Source: the human T2T-CHM13v2.0 reference genome, Homo sapiens. Taken from it: 64,000 bases of DNA. The notes beneath the pieces are model-generated. The model had not been told where the DNA came from and did not search any database. It worked only from the letters and a program-made list of their open reading frames with translations. The stretch lies in NCBI RefSeq assembly GCF_009914755.1, contig NC_060927.1; one strand, 5' to 3'. The translations under genes were made by a program, and so were the position numbers. Positions within the stretch are counted from its first letter, which is position 1. Every line of letters starts with the position of its first letter. Of the stretch, positions 1 through 12,557 are shown piece after piece.

Positions 1-280
1 TATCGTCATACTTGGTTTAGGTCCTCCAGTTTATTAAAAGAAGTATCTGTACATTTTTAAATTTTACTAATGTATAGGCTGTAAGCAGTATTTAGGTTTA
101 AGCCTGGTAATTACAGGAATTTGAATTAACCCTAAGATTATAGTCTCAGTAGCCAGGTGAGAATTAAAGGTTCAAATGTTTTGCTAATTATTGAGACTAA
201 GGGGTTTCTAGATAGGGCATAATTGTTAATTCAAAGAGGACACTAGTTTGCAACTTAATAGCAAAATCTACTTGTTAAAA

Positions 281-305
281 ACACACACACAGACACACAC
301 ACACA
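281..305. repeat. (CA)n microsatellite, imperfect
   Basis: acacacacacagacacacacacaca. Confidence 0.85.
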
Positions 306-1236
306 ACTTTGCTAATATGGGCTTTTCAAAACAATGCTGGGAAAGAATGTTCACTTGTATCCTCAGCATCGGTGGGTGTTTTGCAGAATAAAGACTGGGA
401 GGTTAATTTTCAAGTCATCCTTTGCCCTGAATTATGTGCTCTGAATTATATATGTAATGGTTTTATGTTACCACGGTTTGGCCACTTAAAATACTGCTTT
501 CATATTGGCAATTTAATTTTTTATTGAAAGGTGATGCTCAAATTCATTAATCCCTAGAATATATACTATAGAGTAATATTAAAAAGAAACAGCACATTTC
601 CTAAATGCATCTAATTATTTTTTTAAAATCTCAAAATTAAGATGGTTTTTCTGGAATATTTAGGTACTGAAGTTCTGTTTTCTTCAATGAATGCAATTAT
701 CTAGCATACTTTTGATAGAATATTTTTATAAAATCATTTGTTCTAATCTAAGCATTTATCATTATATGCAAAAAGATTTCTTGATGAGAATATTATAGAC
801 GGTGCATGTTTTTGACATTAGCATTTTATTTGGATGACTAATCTTGCAGATGTGAAATTTTAATGAATTATTCATGAAATTGCTTTCCTCTGAAATTTTA
901 GTTTGCTCTTAATGCTAGTTATTAAACATTTTGTTTTTCTTTATAAAATTTGATGAAAAAAATAAGAGTGTGCTTCCTCAAGAGAAAAGATAACATCTCT
1001 TGCTCTTTTTTTTTTACTTCCCAATTCTCTAAGTGGATACTTTCACTTGGAAATCCTGAGGATAAGAGCTTCAGCCTTCCCTGATCATGAAAGCTTTAAG
1101 ATTGATTTTAATTCTGCATTGGAAGCAGCTGGTGATAAACCTAAGGCATATGCCTAACATACAATATCAGCAGGTCAGAAAGGGAAACAAACTTAGGCTG
1201 TGGCAACTTTTACTACCAGCGTGAACAACCAGCATT

Positions 1237-1242
1237 TTTATT
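1237..1242 (-). terminator. Distal poly(A) signal AATAAA
   Basis: tttatt on + strand, with a second copy at 1297-1302. A U/GU-rich element (AAGTTTGTTTCCCTTT on minus) lies downstream at ~1178-1195. Confidence 0.7.
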
Positions 1243-2315
1243 GCATTTGAGAATGCTTATAATGTCAGTAATTAGTACTGACTACACAACATTTTTTTTA
1301 TTGTCTGTATCCGCAGACATGGAATGATGGAATTACAGTTGATGTCAAGGAATGAGTTTCTTTTATGCCTTATCAAAACAAAACAAAACAAAACAAAAAA
1401 ATTCTTGTTACTGGCAGCACATATACATGAAGCACCATGCTCACAGTCCGGACTGTATCATCTTCATCAAGGCTTATGGGTAGCAGAGATTGCGTGAGCT
1501 ACACTGGGCCCAAGAAATGCCTTCAGCATTGTAAATCTGATTTTCAGGATAAAGAAGCAAAACTGACTTTGAAGACATCCAGAATTTCAGGAGGCTATGT
1601 CATTAACCAAAAGGTACCAAAAAGATTCAAAATCTGAATAAGCACACTCTTCTTTGTGCCTTTGGAAACGGAGTTCAGCTGGAATATGGAAAAGAGAGGA
1701 AATATTTTTTAACTCTATTTTTTTTCATGAGGAAAAAAAAGCTAGTGATTTACAGCCTATCTTGGGTTAAGAATCCAAGGTTTTCTTTACTAGGTCTGAC
1801 TGGATGCTGGGGATGGTGTTAGAGCTGTCCAAAGGTGGCAGGACTGGTGGTAACTCTTCACGTATGTACATAAGCCTTGATATTCCATTTTGTGGCTGGT
1901 CCAAGGGGCAGCCTAACTCATCTTACAAGACGGACTCTAGGGACAGGTAGGTTGGATCCTCATTCCTGACAGTGCATTTGTCTGACACACGGGACTACCT
2001 CCCTAATGTATGCTTTTCTTTGAGAAAAAAAAAGTAACAGATTTTCTTTACATCTTGGCACCTTGTAAAGTTTTTTTTTTTTTATACAAAAGTTCAATAG
2101 TTTTGACACTCCCCATTGTTAATCACTACTTCACTGATAAACTTGGAAAAGTGTGACCCTGGAATTTCATCATGCAAAATATTTACTGCAGCAGGAGAAA
2201 ACATTTTTTAAACAACATTTTTTTTTCTTTTCAAATGTATGAACTTGTTTAAGATAGCCAGGAAGGCAGTGGTAGGATAAACACAAGGGATAGGAATGTA
2301 TCAAAAAACAGATTA

Positions 2316-2324
2316 ACACACACG

Positions 2325-2356
<32 letters not shown>
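2316..2356. repeat. (CA)n/(CG)n alternating purine-pyrimidine tract in the 3'UTR; (UG)n in the mRNA
   Basis: acacacacgcacgcgcgcacacaca... Confidence 0.9.
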
Positions 2357-3230
2357 AAACCTGTACAAAATGCTCCAATCAATGAGAACAGAAAAAAGAA
2401 ATCTTCAACTATGTTACAGTTTAAAAGCAGAAAAAAAAAGTTAGGGAGTTTCTCCCTCCCACATGTCAGGAAATGTCATCCAATATTCTTAAAGCAAGGA
2501 TAACTAAATAAAATACATGTGCAGCATATTCTGCAATTCCGTTACATACAGTAGTTTTTTTTCCAAAGCTATTTTTTTTTAGTATCGTTAATATAAAGCA
2601 GTTGCACAAAAAGCAAAGGTGTTTTGACAAACAGGTGTATGCATTTATTCCTTTTTAGGAACAATATCTAAAAAAAGAACCGCCCTCTGCCCTCCCCCAA
2701 AAAAGACAAAGATTCACACAGACACATCGGGATATATGTACAACGTAATAAACCCCATCCTAAAGAAGCAACTGGGATAACCCCCAGGGGATACAGAATC
2801 AGAATTGTAAAAATCATAGTGAAGTTTGCTTGCTGTAAAGCCTGAGAATTTTTTTTTCAGTTGGTTCTTCTGCAAGGCTGTGATACCTGCAAAGATATGT
2901 AAAATCTAATTTTTCTTTTTTTTTTTTTTTTGCTACAGTCTTTAGACTAAGCATGCAAGACATACGACTAAGTGCAACTGAGTGAAATGTTTTTTTTTTA
3001 AATTTTAATCATTCCCTAAAGGTTTGAACTGAGGTATGCGTACTAACAGTTTCTCATGCTGTTATCTTTACTCATGTCTAGCTACACATGCTGAGAATGA
3101 ACTAATCTACCAGATTTTTATCCTCTTTTGAATACCAAACTAACCAGCAACCACTCAGTTTAGAAGCACAGGGCCCCCTTCCCATGACCCTGTCTGGCTA
3201 CTGCCTGCACATCATGAAGCTGCCTGGAAA

Positions 3231-3232
<2 letters not shown>

Positions 3233-3271
<39 letters not shown>
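3233..3271. repeat. T39 homopolymer (A39 in the mRNA)
   Basis: Counted directly. Confidence 0.95.
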
Positions 3272-3275
<4 letters not shown>

Positions 3276-5232
3276 TCTTGCGTGACCACAGACTGCCCTT
3301 TATACAGAAAGCAGAGTGAAGCTTCAAAAGTAACTGCCAGAGAAGTTTTTGTACCAAGCTTATGAGTGGATGGGAGTGTTACTTTTCTTTAAATGAAAAA
3401 TGCTGACCAAAGCCTAATCGGAAAAAAAGGAAAAATTAAAAATAAAAACAAACTGAAGGATATATGCCAAGATAAACCAAAATTAATACAGTGATCACAG
3501 CACAGTTCTTAAACAAAAGTGGCATACAATCTAAAAATATCTCTTTTTCTAGAAATACTATTATGTAATCTAGTTCAATTATGGAAGCTTTTCTGTCCTG
3601 ACTCTAAACTGTCTCCTTTATTGGATACTCTAATTGCAGTGGCATACATTCATTTTTTTTTTGAGATGGGACTCCCTTCCTTCTGTAGCTCCTTTAATAT
3701 TGTGTCCTATTTTTATCTGCAGTAGCCCCATAAAATCTCTTTAAGAGAATGAGTTTTGGTCTCTGTAGAGGTACACAAAAAGAAAAAGGAAAAATAACTA
3801 CTAGAAAAAAGTAACAACTTTGGTTCCATTATCTACTTGGTCTTCTAAATTTACGATGAAGGAGCAGTTCTCTTTCTCAGGTTGCAATAGCCTATCGCTT
3901 GTCATTTGCCTCTAAATTCTTTTGCCTCCTTTGATCAACAATAAGAGGATATTTGGCTTCATCAGATAAAGCATAAAACAGAGAACATAATTTACCTTTG
4001 TGTAATATCTTTGGTAATTTTAGAAAAAAGGTACAAAGAAAGAATATAAATTAAGCTTCGAAAGGCTCTCGAACTAAAAAAAACTACAGTCCTATATAAA
4101 TAAATGACAGGAAAGTGGGTGCAGAGCTGAAGTGTGGAGGGGTTCTAAGGACTGAGGTTGTACTGACCTGTAACCATCACATTTCTGCATACCATGTTTG
4201 GGACCCCCCCAAAGCCCAGGGCCTACATGATATCTTCTATGAGTTTTTGTGATACTGGGTTGGTGATATAATATTGCATAACAAACTGCAGTACCAAATT
4301 TGCATATTTGAAATTAACACTTTAGCATTTGCTGAACTCAGCCCTCGTTAACTCCCTTAACAAGTTCAATCTGAAATCGAATTTGCATTCAAACAGTTTA
4401 ATGCCACCAAGTAGGTCTGAACTAATGTATAAACTCAGCGCCGCCGCCGCCACCCCTACTTTCAGGGCAGCTGCTCGGGGAAGCCGGTTTTTTTTTTTGG
4501 CCATTTTGCAAACAAAACCAACCCACACCCGTTATCGCAGAGCACCCAAGGCCCATGGCAACTTGGTTCCACAAGGGAGAGCCTTCCAAGGCCATATTGT
4601 CAGTCTAATTAATATGAGCTTTTTTTTTTTTTTCAGTGCTGCCTATGTTTCCTTGTGCTGGTAGAATGTGGTGGCATTTATTAATGGTTGCTGCAAAAAA
4701 AAAAAAAGAAAAGAAAAGAAAAAAAGAAAATCCGAAACACCCCTCCCCCGAACCACCCCCAATACTGCTGCGTGGAATGAATCGGCATTGTTCCTAGAGT
4801 TTGTCTCTCTTTTTTTTTTCTGTCATTCATTCTCTTTCTGGCAGGACGTCACGTCTGTGTGAGAGGGCCTTCATGTGTAGAGTGCAGCATTTGGGACCTT
4901 TTTGAAAAAGACCAAAACGGAATGTTTTCTGACTTTAGAGAAACGTGGTGATGTCTGAAGGAAGATGGAATGAGTGACAGAAAGCTACAAACGAGAAATG
5001 ACATTCAGCTTTGTATAATAAAAACACCTATTAACATTCATCACAAGGTACAGAAAACTTTAAGCCTCCAAGAGGCCATCGGCCCAAATGGAGGCCTGAG
5101 GTCAGAACTTAAAATGGTATAGTAGAAGGAAAAAAAAAAAAAAAAAAAGCAATACATTAAAAAGTTTGGGATAATTATTTTTTAACCCCTCCCCCCAATA
5201 CACACACAAAGGCCTTCCCCATCCCAACTGGA

Positions 5233-5267
<35 letters not shown>

Positions 5268-5744
5268 AGTAAAGGCAGTGATAATCAACATGCAGTACTG
5301 TGCAAATAGGTCGTCCATTGGAATCCTTAAATTCTGGGCAAAGGCTTGGTCTGCAGCTTAGGTGCACAAGCTCTGTCGGGCGTCCTCAGTGTCCAACGTT
5401 GGCAGGACTGCAGTTCAAAGTCTGCTGCTAAAAGTGAATCAGTTTAGCAAATTTACAACACTGATGTTGACGGTTAAGAGAGGAAAATCCCAAGTACCAA
5501 ACAAGTCCATCCAATGCACAGAGTACAAATTCCTTTTTTCAACAAAAAGTAGAAAAATCAAAAATACTCCCAAATGGGGTTCTTGATGGCACTAAGAGTT
5601 AACACATTTCAGAGTTGTCAAAACGTAGTGAAAATCCTCCAGACTGTACAACAAATGGAGAACAATTTCACTGCTAACTTTTGACGTGTTTTTTTTTTTT
5701 TCCTTTTTCCAATCTTCATTCTCGGGGTTGGCCCGCCCCGATAG

Positions 5745-6195
<451 letters not shown>

Positions 6196-6249
6196 GATGC
6201 TCTGAATCACTAGTCTCTGGACTGGTGTGGGCCTCTCCTCCCTGGTGGC

Positions 6250-6395
6250 ATTTCTCATACTTTAACACACGCTGCAGTCACCTGTGGGCCTTGTTGAAAT
6301 GCAGTGTGTGATTCAGGTCTGGGGTGGGGCCTGAGACTCTGCATCTCTAACAAGCCCCCAAGTGATGCCGGTGGTCCTAGAACCACACTGAGTAC
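6250..6395. mobile_element. MER5A-like relic
   Basis: ggtctggggtggggcctgagactctgcatctctaacaagccccca is the MER5A core. Confidence 0.7.
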
Positions 6396-7331
6396 CAGAT
6401 AACAGGTCCCGTAGTGGCATCCTGGGTGGATGAATACCCATCTTCAAATAATTACACGAAATAAGAATCTGTAATGCAACGGCAGTTTGTGGGGACCACT
6501 GAGCAGAGGAGGCTGGGCTAATCATGGCTTGCTGTGTGTTCTGCTTTGCTAGTTAACATGCAGAACCTGTGAAAGAACTCTCCAGAGGACGACCCCAAGC
6601 GAGGTTCTATCATTAATCAACTTCAAGCAAACACAGCAAAGAGACACCATGATATACATGCTTGAAACTCCAAATTAATGCATATTTTTACAAACTGTCA
6701 ATAAGGCAAGAAAAGCCCTGCCAGGAAACACAAACGTAGAGGAAAAGGCTCGCTCAACACAACAATATGATAAGAAAGCAGAGCCCCAATCAGAATAATA
6801 ACGCTGTCAGCTGTAAACAAGGCAAAACATGAGGCCCGGCTGGTAGCAGCCACTGGGATGAGCGTGGTTGCGATGAGGTCTGCCAACTTTCTCATTATGG
6901 ACCAGCGCATGGTTCACCCAAAGGGGACTGGGGTGATCACACAAAACCGCTCGGATAACTATTGAGAAATGTTGTTCGTAAATCATATTTACAACTGATC
7001 CTTTGCATATACAAATGACTTTCTGTTGCAGGGGCTTTTGATATGTAAAAGAACCATTTGAGTTAAAATGGTCCCATCTCTGGGACAGGCTGCAGAAGGG
7101 AAGATTTTTAAATTGACGTTATCAAGTATTAGTAATAAGAGGTGGTAATGGGGATGGTTGGCTTCCTAAATAATTGATGCTGTATGCAAACCCCAAAGGC
7201 CCCTTGAACCATTTAAAAACAAACAGAGGAGTGCTTTGGACTGCCCTTGAAGACAGGAACCTTCAGAATCAATTGACTCTAAAATTAGCACAGCCTAGAG
7301 AGCATTTAGGGGGGCTAGATGTTACCTTTAA

Positions 7332-7629
<298 letters not shown>

Positions 7630-7723
7630 GCTAAAAAAATAATTTCTTTATTCTTAAAAACTTTGCAAAACAAAATGTAGCAAAGTTGCATTACATTACA
7701 TTTTATGTATGGCTCTCCAGCTA

Positions 7724-8030
7724 TTTTATTTATTTATTTATTTATTGAGACATAGTCGTGCTCTGTCACCCAGGCTGGAGTGCAGTGGCAGGATCTCGGC
7801 TCACTGCAACCTCCAACCCCCAGGCTCAAGTAATTCTTCTGGCTCAGCCTCCCAAGTAGCTGAGATTACAGGGGCCCACCACCACACCTGGCTAATTTTT
7901 GTATTTTTAGTACAGATGAGGTTTCACCATATTGGTGAGGCTGGTCTTGAACTCCTGACCTCAAGTGATCCACCCGCCTTGGCCTCCCAAACTGCTGGGA
8001 TTACAGGCGTGAGACACCATGGCTCGCCGG
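7724..8030 (-). mobile_element. Alu (S-type) with (TTTA)n tail
   Basis: Full dimeric Alu similarity. Confidence 0.9.
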
Positions 8031-8276
8031 ATATTTTTATTTAAAAGGAACAGTTGTACATCAGTGCAAGGAAGGCTGCATGGGGAGTCACCCTCCCAGC
8101 AGTCTGTATTAAGCATTACGGATGGGGATTTTTTTTTTTAATGGCTGTATTAGTGTTTCAGCAGTAAGAATTAGGACTGGCTGCATAATTTTGGAAGCCC
8201 AGTGCAAAATGACAATCTGGGGTCTTTGGCTCAAAAATTAAAATTTCAAGACAAAAATGGCATTAAAGCAAGTACA

Positions 8277-8403
8277 TGCCAGGCATGGTGGTGTGTGCCT
8301 GTAGTCCAAGTTACTTGGGAGGCTAAGGTAGGATGATCACTTGAGCCCAGGAGTTCGAGTCCAGCCTGGGTGATACAGTAAGACCCCTATCTCTAAATAA
8401 AAA
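8277..8403 (+). mobile_element. Alu monomer (FLAM-like)
   Basis: gccaggcatggtgg...gatcacttgagcccaggagttcgag followed by an A-rich tail. Confidence 0.8.
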
Positions 8404-9454
8404 GGTAATAAAAGCACATAAAATCAAGTGCAGTGTCCTTTTAGGCATGAGATCCTATGTGACTGCATGTCACACACCTGTGAACCAGCTCTGCTAAAAT
8501 ACCCTACATTCTTTTAGGAAGAATTAGTTATGCTGATGATGATTCCTTTAAAAAACACAAACCCTTAGTTAAGGCCAGTTTTCTTATTTTTGCCAATCTG
8601 TTTCCATTTGAGGTCATATTTTTAAATATTGTAAATTCAGCAGGAATGCTATTTTTTAAATTTTCCTAGCTTTACAATTTATAATGTTTATGGCTAGATG
8701 AGATTCCACTGTGTTGACATATGTCAGTTTCTGAATACTAGGCATTTGAGGATCATCTTTCTCTTTCTCTTTTACTGTTTGTATAATACAATGACCACTT
8801 TTATCCATTAATCTTTCTACTCTATTTCTGTTGATTTACCTCCTTAGGATAAATTTCTAAGAATGGAATTGTTAGAGCAAAGGCCAAAACATCTTTATGG
8901 TTCCTATGATTTATTGTGATATTAACTTCCAAAGGGGCTATCAATTTAAACTCAATCTCATCAGCAGCAAGCATTATTTGTGAAAAATATTTTGTTGCTT
9001 AGCAGGTACAAGGTAAGCTCAGGTTACCTTAAATTGTGTTTCTCAGATTACTGACAATGGTGAACATTTCCTAATGTTTGTTTCAAACTTTCATTGTTGA
9101 GAACTGCAACTTCATAAATTACTGAAATTTATGTTTTAGCTATATGCTGATTGAGGTTCAAATGTTGTTTTCCAAATCAACATTTTCCTACTTTCTTAAC
9201 TATCAGGTCTATCAATCTTTTCATGTTTATAACCCAGAATTGAATGATAGAAGAATGTAAGATCATACAAGACCTTGGGGAGGGGGAAGGAGGATGAGGA
9301 CCCCTAGAAGAAATAGAACCATCCATCTCCATCTTAATGAAGTTCTTGCTGTATAATTTTAGACTTTGACCAATATTTTGCTAACCTTATCCAAAAAATC
9401 AGGTGCATGTAAAGCCCCACAAAACACAGTTCACAACATCAGAGAATATTTCGT

Positions 9455-9555
9455 TTACCTAATTATCCTCATTTGATCATTACACATTGTATACATGTAT
9501 CAAAATAACACATGTACCCCCAAAATATGTAGTTACGAGGTATCAATTTTAAAAG
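9455..9555 (+). mobile_element. L1M 3'-end fragment
   Basis: gatcattacacattgtatacatgtatcaaaataacacatgtacccc is typical of L1MA 3'UTR ends. Confidence 0.6.
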
Positions 9556-12386
9556 CTGTAGAAGTGAAAAAACAAATAAACAAAACACGTTTTCCCCCTA
9601 AATTGGTAGCCAAAATTCATGAGGATTATTTACTATCCACAAGACAGAGGTAATGATCCTGTCATGCCTGTAGGCTCGACTCCCAGTGCCTCATGCAGAG
9701 TGGATGCAGAGTGGGTCCCCAACAAATGTTAACTGGCTAGATCTACTGTGTGACCACCTGATGACACAACCAGGTTAGACAGTAAGGTTTCGAAACTTTA
9801 GAGAAGTGAAATCCGATTTCGGGACATTTCTTGATGCCGGCAGATACCCCTGGGGTGTGGCAAACGTGTAGCACAAGCACACAGCACTTCAAAGAACAAA
9901 AGAGGATGGGATTCCACGAAAGATACATTTGAGATGAGATGCAGACTACTGAAGACACTACACTTCACATACACTCACCGTGTCTCCTGGAAGTTAGGGC
10001 TGTGTATGATGCACCTTCCTCTCCTTGCAGACACTGCCCCCACCCTTTCTCTCCAACTCCTACTTCCGAAAGGGCTACCGCTGAATAACTGTGTGCAAAA
10101 CCACACATTTCCCTTCTCCTTACATCTGAGTAATTCCTTTGTTTAGCCACTCTGGGAACACAAGAGTTTTAAAATAAAGCTGACTGGCGTTTAAAGGCAT
10201 TGTGTTCTGGGGGTGTCTGCACAGCATGGAGTATTTTGCTTTGTAGCTCCTTTAGCGCCTATCAGGATAAAAGTAGAATGCCCCAAAGCCATAATTATGT
10301 GACCACTTTCTAGTGTTTCAAAGGACGAACGAAACGTAGTGGTATCTGACTGTCACAGAAAGGGTAAGAATGAAGAGTTCTGTTTCAACACTCAATATTA
10401 GCTAGGCCGCCTTCCTAACAAGGTCCTTCAAGCCGTGCCGTAAAGTTTATGGCTTGATTTATTCCAATAGACTGGAACAGTTGAAAAACAATTTGCATCA
10501 TAGCAGGGTAATGCATATTGGACAAGAATGGAAACTCTTGTCACTACAGAATTCTCTTAATGGAAATATGAGGTCAAAAAGAGTAACAGTCTATTACACA
10601 GATAGCAGGCGCAGGGAATCTGCTGTTGACATATAATTACATTTAGCAAACAGCACAAACCTGTGAGATTTGAGCAACGCATGTTGACATTTTTGTGTAG
10701 GGTTTCTTGTAAAAAATAGTTGAAACCTTCATTTCATCAAAAATTACAAAGACTATTGTAAAACATGGTTTGGGTAATACTGGGGTTAATTCAAATTTGT
10801 TAAACAAATTAACCCTGCAGTGACTTTCTTTCGTACAGCAAAATCAGCATCACTCTGAACTGGTGCCTGTGGCTTGTATCCAAGTATCTCTTTGTTTTAG
10901 TGATTCTTTATACTAATAGGAATATATGTCAACAAAAACTTGGAGTTTGTACAGATTATGAGAAATAGCATCACTTCCATTCAATAACCAGACATTTTTG
11001 TTCTGAGTATTTCTTGCAGTAGCTTATACCAATTTACGTTTGCTCTGAACTTCGTTAGTATCTAAGTAAATACTCGTGTCATGACAATGATTTAAGATGA
11101 ATACAAATGTGGTAACAGGAAAATCGGAAACACTAAGTTGCTTTGGAAAGGATGAAATATAGCAGCATCAGTGTGAAAGATAAACACACTCTTAAAATGC
11201 TGTGAAGCAAATGCTAAGATACTGTTCATATAAATTAAAAATGATTATTTCCATATCCAGAAAGGATAGTAAAGATCCTTTCTGAAGTGCTGTGGAGATG
11301 AAACTCAAATGCTAGAAAATCAAATTTCAGATTTCCACGTACCCTCCAAATTATGCTGGCAGATAACACTTTTTTCTTTGTCATTAGATGCCAATTCCAT
11401 ATGCTCCTAATTGTTACAGGTCATAATTTCCATTCCGATCACTTAAATTATCTTAAAATAAGATGTTGGTCAGTAATTCAGAAGTAATGTGTAGACAAGC
11501 AGCCTATTCTAGGAACTGACAGTACTGCAAACACGAAATGGGTTAGTACCTTAAAGTGGGCAACAGTTTTGAAGAACCTCACTAAAAGGGAGAGACTGTC
11601 ATCCCACAGCATCTCCTGCAAAGCCAATCATTTGGAATAATGTGGTTTCTTCGCTCTGTTTGAAAACTTTTCCTGGGAGAGAGGGTGTTATAGTTACACC
11701 AAGTTCTCTCCCATCACCCACTCACAGGGGCATCACAGTCTCCTGGCCTCCGCCTTTCCTGTGGTTTGCAGTCCTGGTTCCATTCACATTCAGCATGGGC
11801 AGCCATCGCCCATCACTTCATTCAGTTATATGTGCACTCATTATACTGCCGTCTGCTGCTATAATGCTCCTATTAATTTTCCTTTTGATATTTTAAGAGC
11901 AATCTATAAATCATGCCGCCTTTCATTTGTGCCATCATTAATGGTTGGTAATAATGCTGCGGCGGCGTGTTCGTGGTGAACCTTAGTGCACCACCAAGTA
12001 AACAAGCATCTTTTTCTCTCGGCTAGGTTCAACATGCCCGAAAGTTGAACAAACTGCAAACTTTTTCATAGGAATGCATATTAGTTTGAGGAGGAAAAAG
12101 TAGTGTGGCTTAAATAATGGCCTGGGATGTGATAAAGCAGAGGGAAAAAAAGCAAACCTGTTTCTCATTTTATTGCTGTGAATTGCTTTTATGGGAAAGT
12201 TAGCAAATAGTCCTTTTATGCACTAACCAAGCTGAACATTTCTTGAAGTACAAACTTCTAGCTTGGTTCTGGGAAATCAGAAATTACAGAAAAGGTATAT
12301 AAAGCCCAGAGAAAGGGCTGTCTCCCTGCGTGTACCTAGGGAGACTAGGGTCAGATAGCAAAGACCTTTTGGGTGGACAATACTCA

Positions 12387-12557
<171 letters not shown>

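Larger units (their letters stand above)
1210..5744 (-). other. FOXP1: FOXP1 3'UTR (~4.5 kb); 3' end approximate
   Basis: Follows the TGA stop at 5745-5747. No recognisable interspersed repeats; U/A-rich with miRNA seed matches. Ends after AATAAA at 1237-1242 (minus strand). Confidence 0.85.

Noticed and set aside
7709-8044. Alu-derived ORFs (also 22561-22788, 25449-25649, 40277-40477, 45594-45847)
   Set aside because: Standard Alu translation artefacts.
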